Of a stretch of DNA of 64,000 nt, positions 63,113-64,000 are shown piece by piece. The notes beneath the pieces were generated by a model that was not told where the DNA came from, searched no databases, and was given only the letters and a program-made list of their open reading frames with translations. The position numbers and the translations under genes are program-made. The stretch lies in the IMG/VR virus record IMGVR_UViG_3300048861_000143, positions 25,078 through 89,077 of that record. One strand, 5' to 3'. The first letter of the stretch is position 1. Each line of letters begins with the position of its first letter. The stretch is from a virus.

Positions 63113-63976
63113 ATGGTTGGCAACTGCCCAGCGCAGGACGGCAAATGCCGACCTGCGGAGGATATCCTGTTTCCCGAAGTCTGCAGCTCCTGCGGTGAAG
63201 CCTTCCATCTCGAGATTTCCGAGGTGTGGCACGGCCGGGACTTCACGGTGGCCGGCTGTTGCGAGGCGACTGAGACCGAGGCCCTGGAGTGGCTGCAGGA
63301 CCCAACCGACGGCGCTGCGCTCATGCGCGCGCTGGGCATCGAGCATCTGAGCCCCCTGGGCTCCCTCCGTCGCGTGGCGGACGACGGCATGGGCCATCTC
63401 GAGTTGGATTGGCAGATCTCGGTCGAGCTCGCTGGCCCTGGCCATCGGGTCAGCTACGGCGAAGTGAAGCGGTTCATTCAACAGCACCACGGGCACGCGA
63501 AGAACACGAATGCGACCTGGCGCTTCGGCGGAGCGATTTGGAACGGCCCCACCATGCTGGGCGTGATCTGGGTGGGCAATCCGGTGAGCAAGGAGCTGAT
63601 GCTGCGCGACCGGGGACTGATCGAGGTGAACCGACTCTGCCTGGACTTCGGCATCCCTGATCACCTGCGATGGAAGGCTGCGAGCACCGCGTATCGCTGG
63701 GCAGCCAGCGAAGCGGAGCGCAGAGGGTTCACGTCGATCCAGACCTACACGCTGGCCGACGAAGAGAGCGGCATGTCGCTCCGGTACGCCAGGTGGAAGG
63801 TGCTGGACGAAAACGCCGGCGGAAAATCCTGGAACAGCAAGAGCCGGCACCGGCCGAACAAGACCACGCCCGGCCGCAAGATCAGGTGGGGCAAGAAGCT
63901 CCATCCGACCGTCGCTCGCATCGTCAATCGGCCGCTGACGCCGAGTCAGCAGCTTTCGTTCCTTTTCGCAGCTTGA
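63113..63976 (+). CDS. XF1762/Mom-like DNA modification protein with Cys-rich N-terminal extension
   Basis: VKRFIQQHH.H, GVIWVGNPVS, LIEVNRLC, RGFTSIQTYTL..ESG.SL...RW. Confidence 0.75.
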   Translation: MVGNCPAQDGKCRPAEDILFPEVCSSCGEAFHLEISEVWHGRDFTVAGCCEATETEALEWLQDPTDGAALMRALGIEHLSPLGSLRRVADDGMGHLELDWQISVELAGPGHRVSYGEVKRFIQQHHGHAKNTNATWRFGGAIWNGPTMLGVIWVGNPVSKELMLRDRGLIEVNRLCLDFGIPDHLRWKAASTAYRWAASEAERRGFTSIQTYTLADEESGMSLRYARWKVLDENAGGKSWNSKSRHRPNKTTPGRKIRWGKKLHPTVARIVNRPLTPSQQLSFLFAA

Positions 63977-64000
63977 GGGTTTCGAATGAGCGCTCACACG

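Noticed and set aside
1-64000. tRNA, rRNA or IS elements
   Set aside because: No cloverleaf/T-loop signature, rRNA-like tract or transposase motif was recognised by eye. A tRNAscan/ISEScan run would be the proper check.

Overview
The window is most of a GC-rich, contractile-tailed (myovirus-type) phage or phage-plasmid genome. The host is probably an alphaproteobacterium (inferred from gene families). It has two divergent arms. Bases 1-42.8 kb (minus strand) hold the packaging, head, neck, tail and baseplate genes. They include a ~16 kb block of head-spike/fibre and exported-enzyme genes, and end at the left edge in a truncated GH5 glycoside hydrolase that the ORF track missed. Bases 44.1-64 kb (plus strand) are an early/anti-defence arm: many small ORFs, DUF2786, DUF932, a 1700-aa methyltransferase-SNF2 helicase, a Cre/Xer-like recombinase, a Sel1-like + TAXI pair, a Dda/RecD-like helicase and a Mom-like protein. 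A ~1.3 kb non-coding control region separates the arms. The top signals are four. (1) The terminase large subunit is cut inside its Walker A motif by an in-frame 39-nt hairpin element carrying a rare TTA codon and two TGA stops, a candidate translational-bypass or mini-intron element. (2) Twelve copies of a covarying hairpin with a conserved YRATYRRG apex sit 19-26 nt upstream of start codons, only in the early arm, often with the RBS sequestered. (3) A 29-aa micro-ORF and a 1013-aa scaffold share a PFxxDYSxDFGP motif in the head-spike cluster. (4) A ~500-nt highly structured RNA-like leader follows a promoter/operator. All calls were made by eye from the sequence; no searches or folding programs were run.
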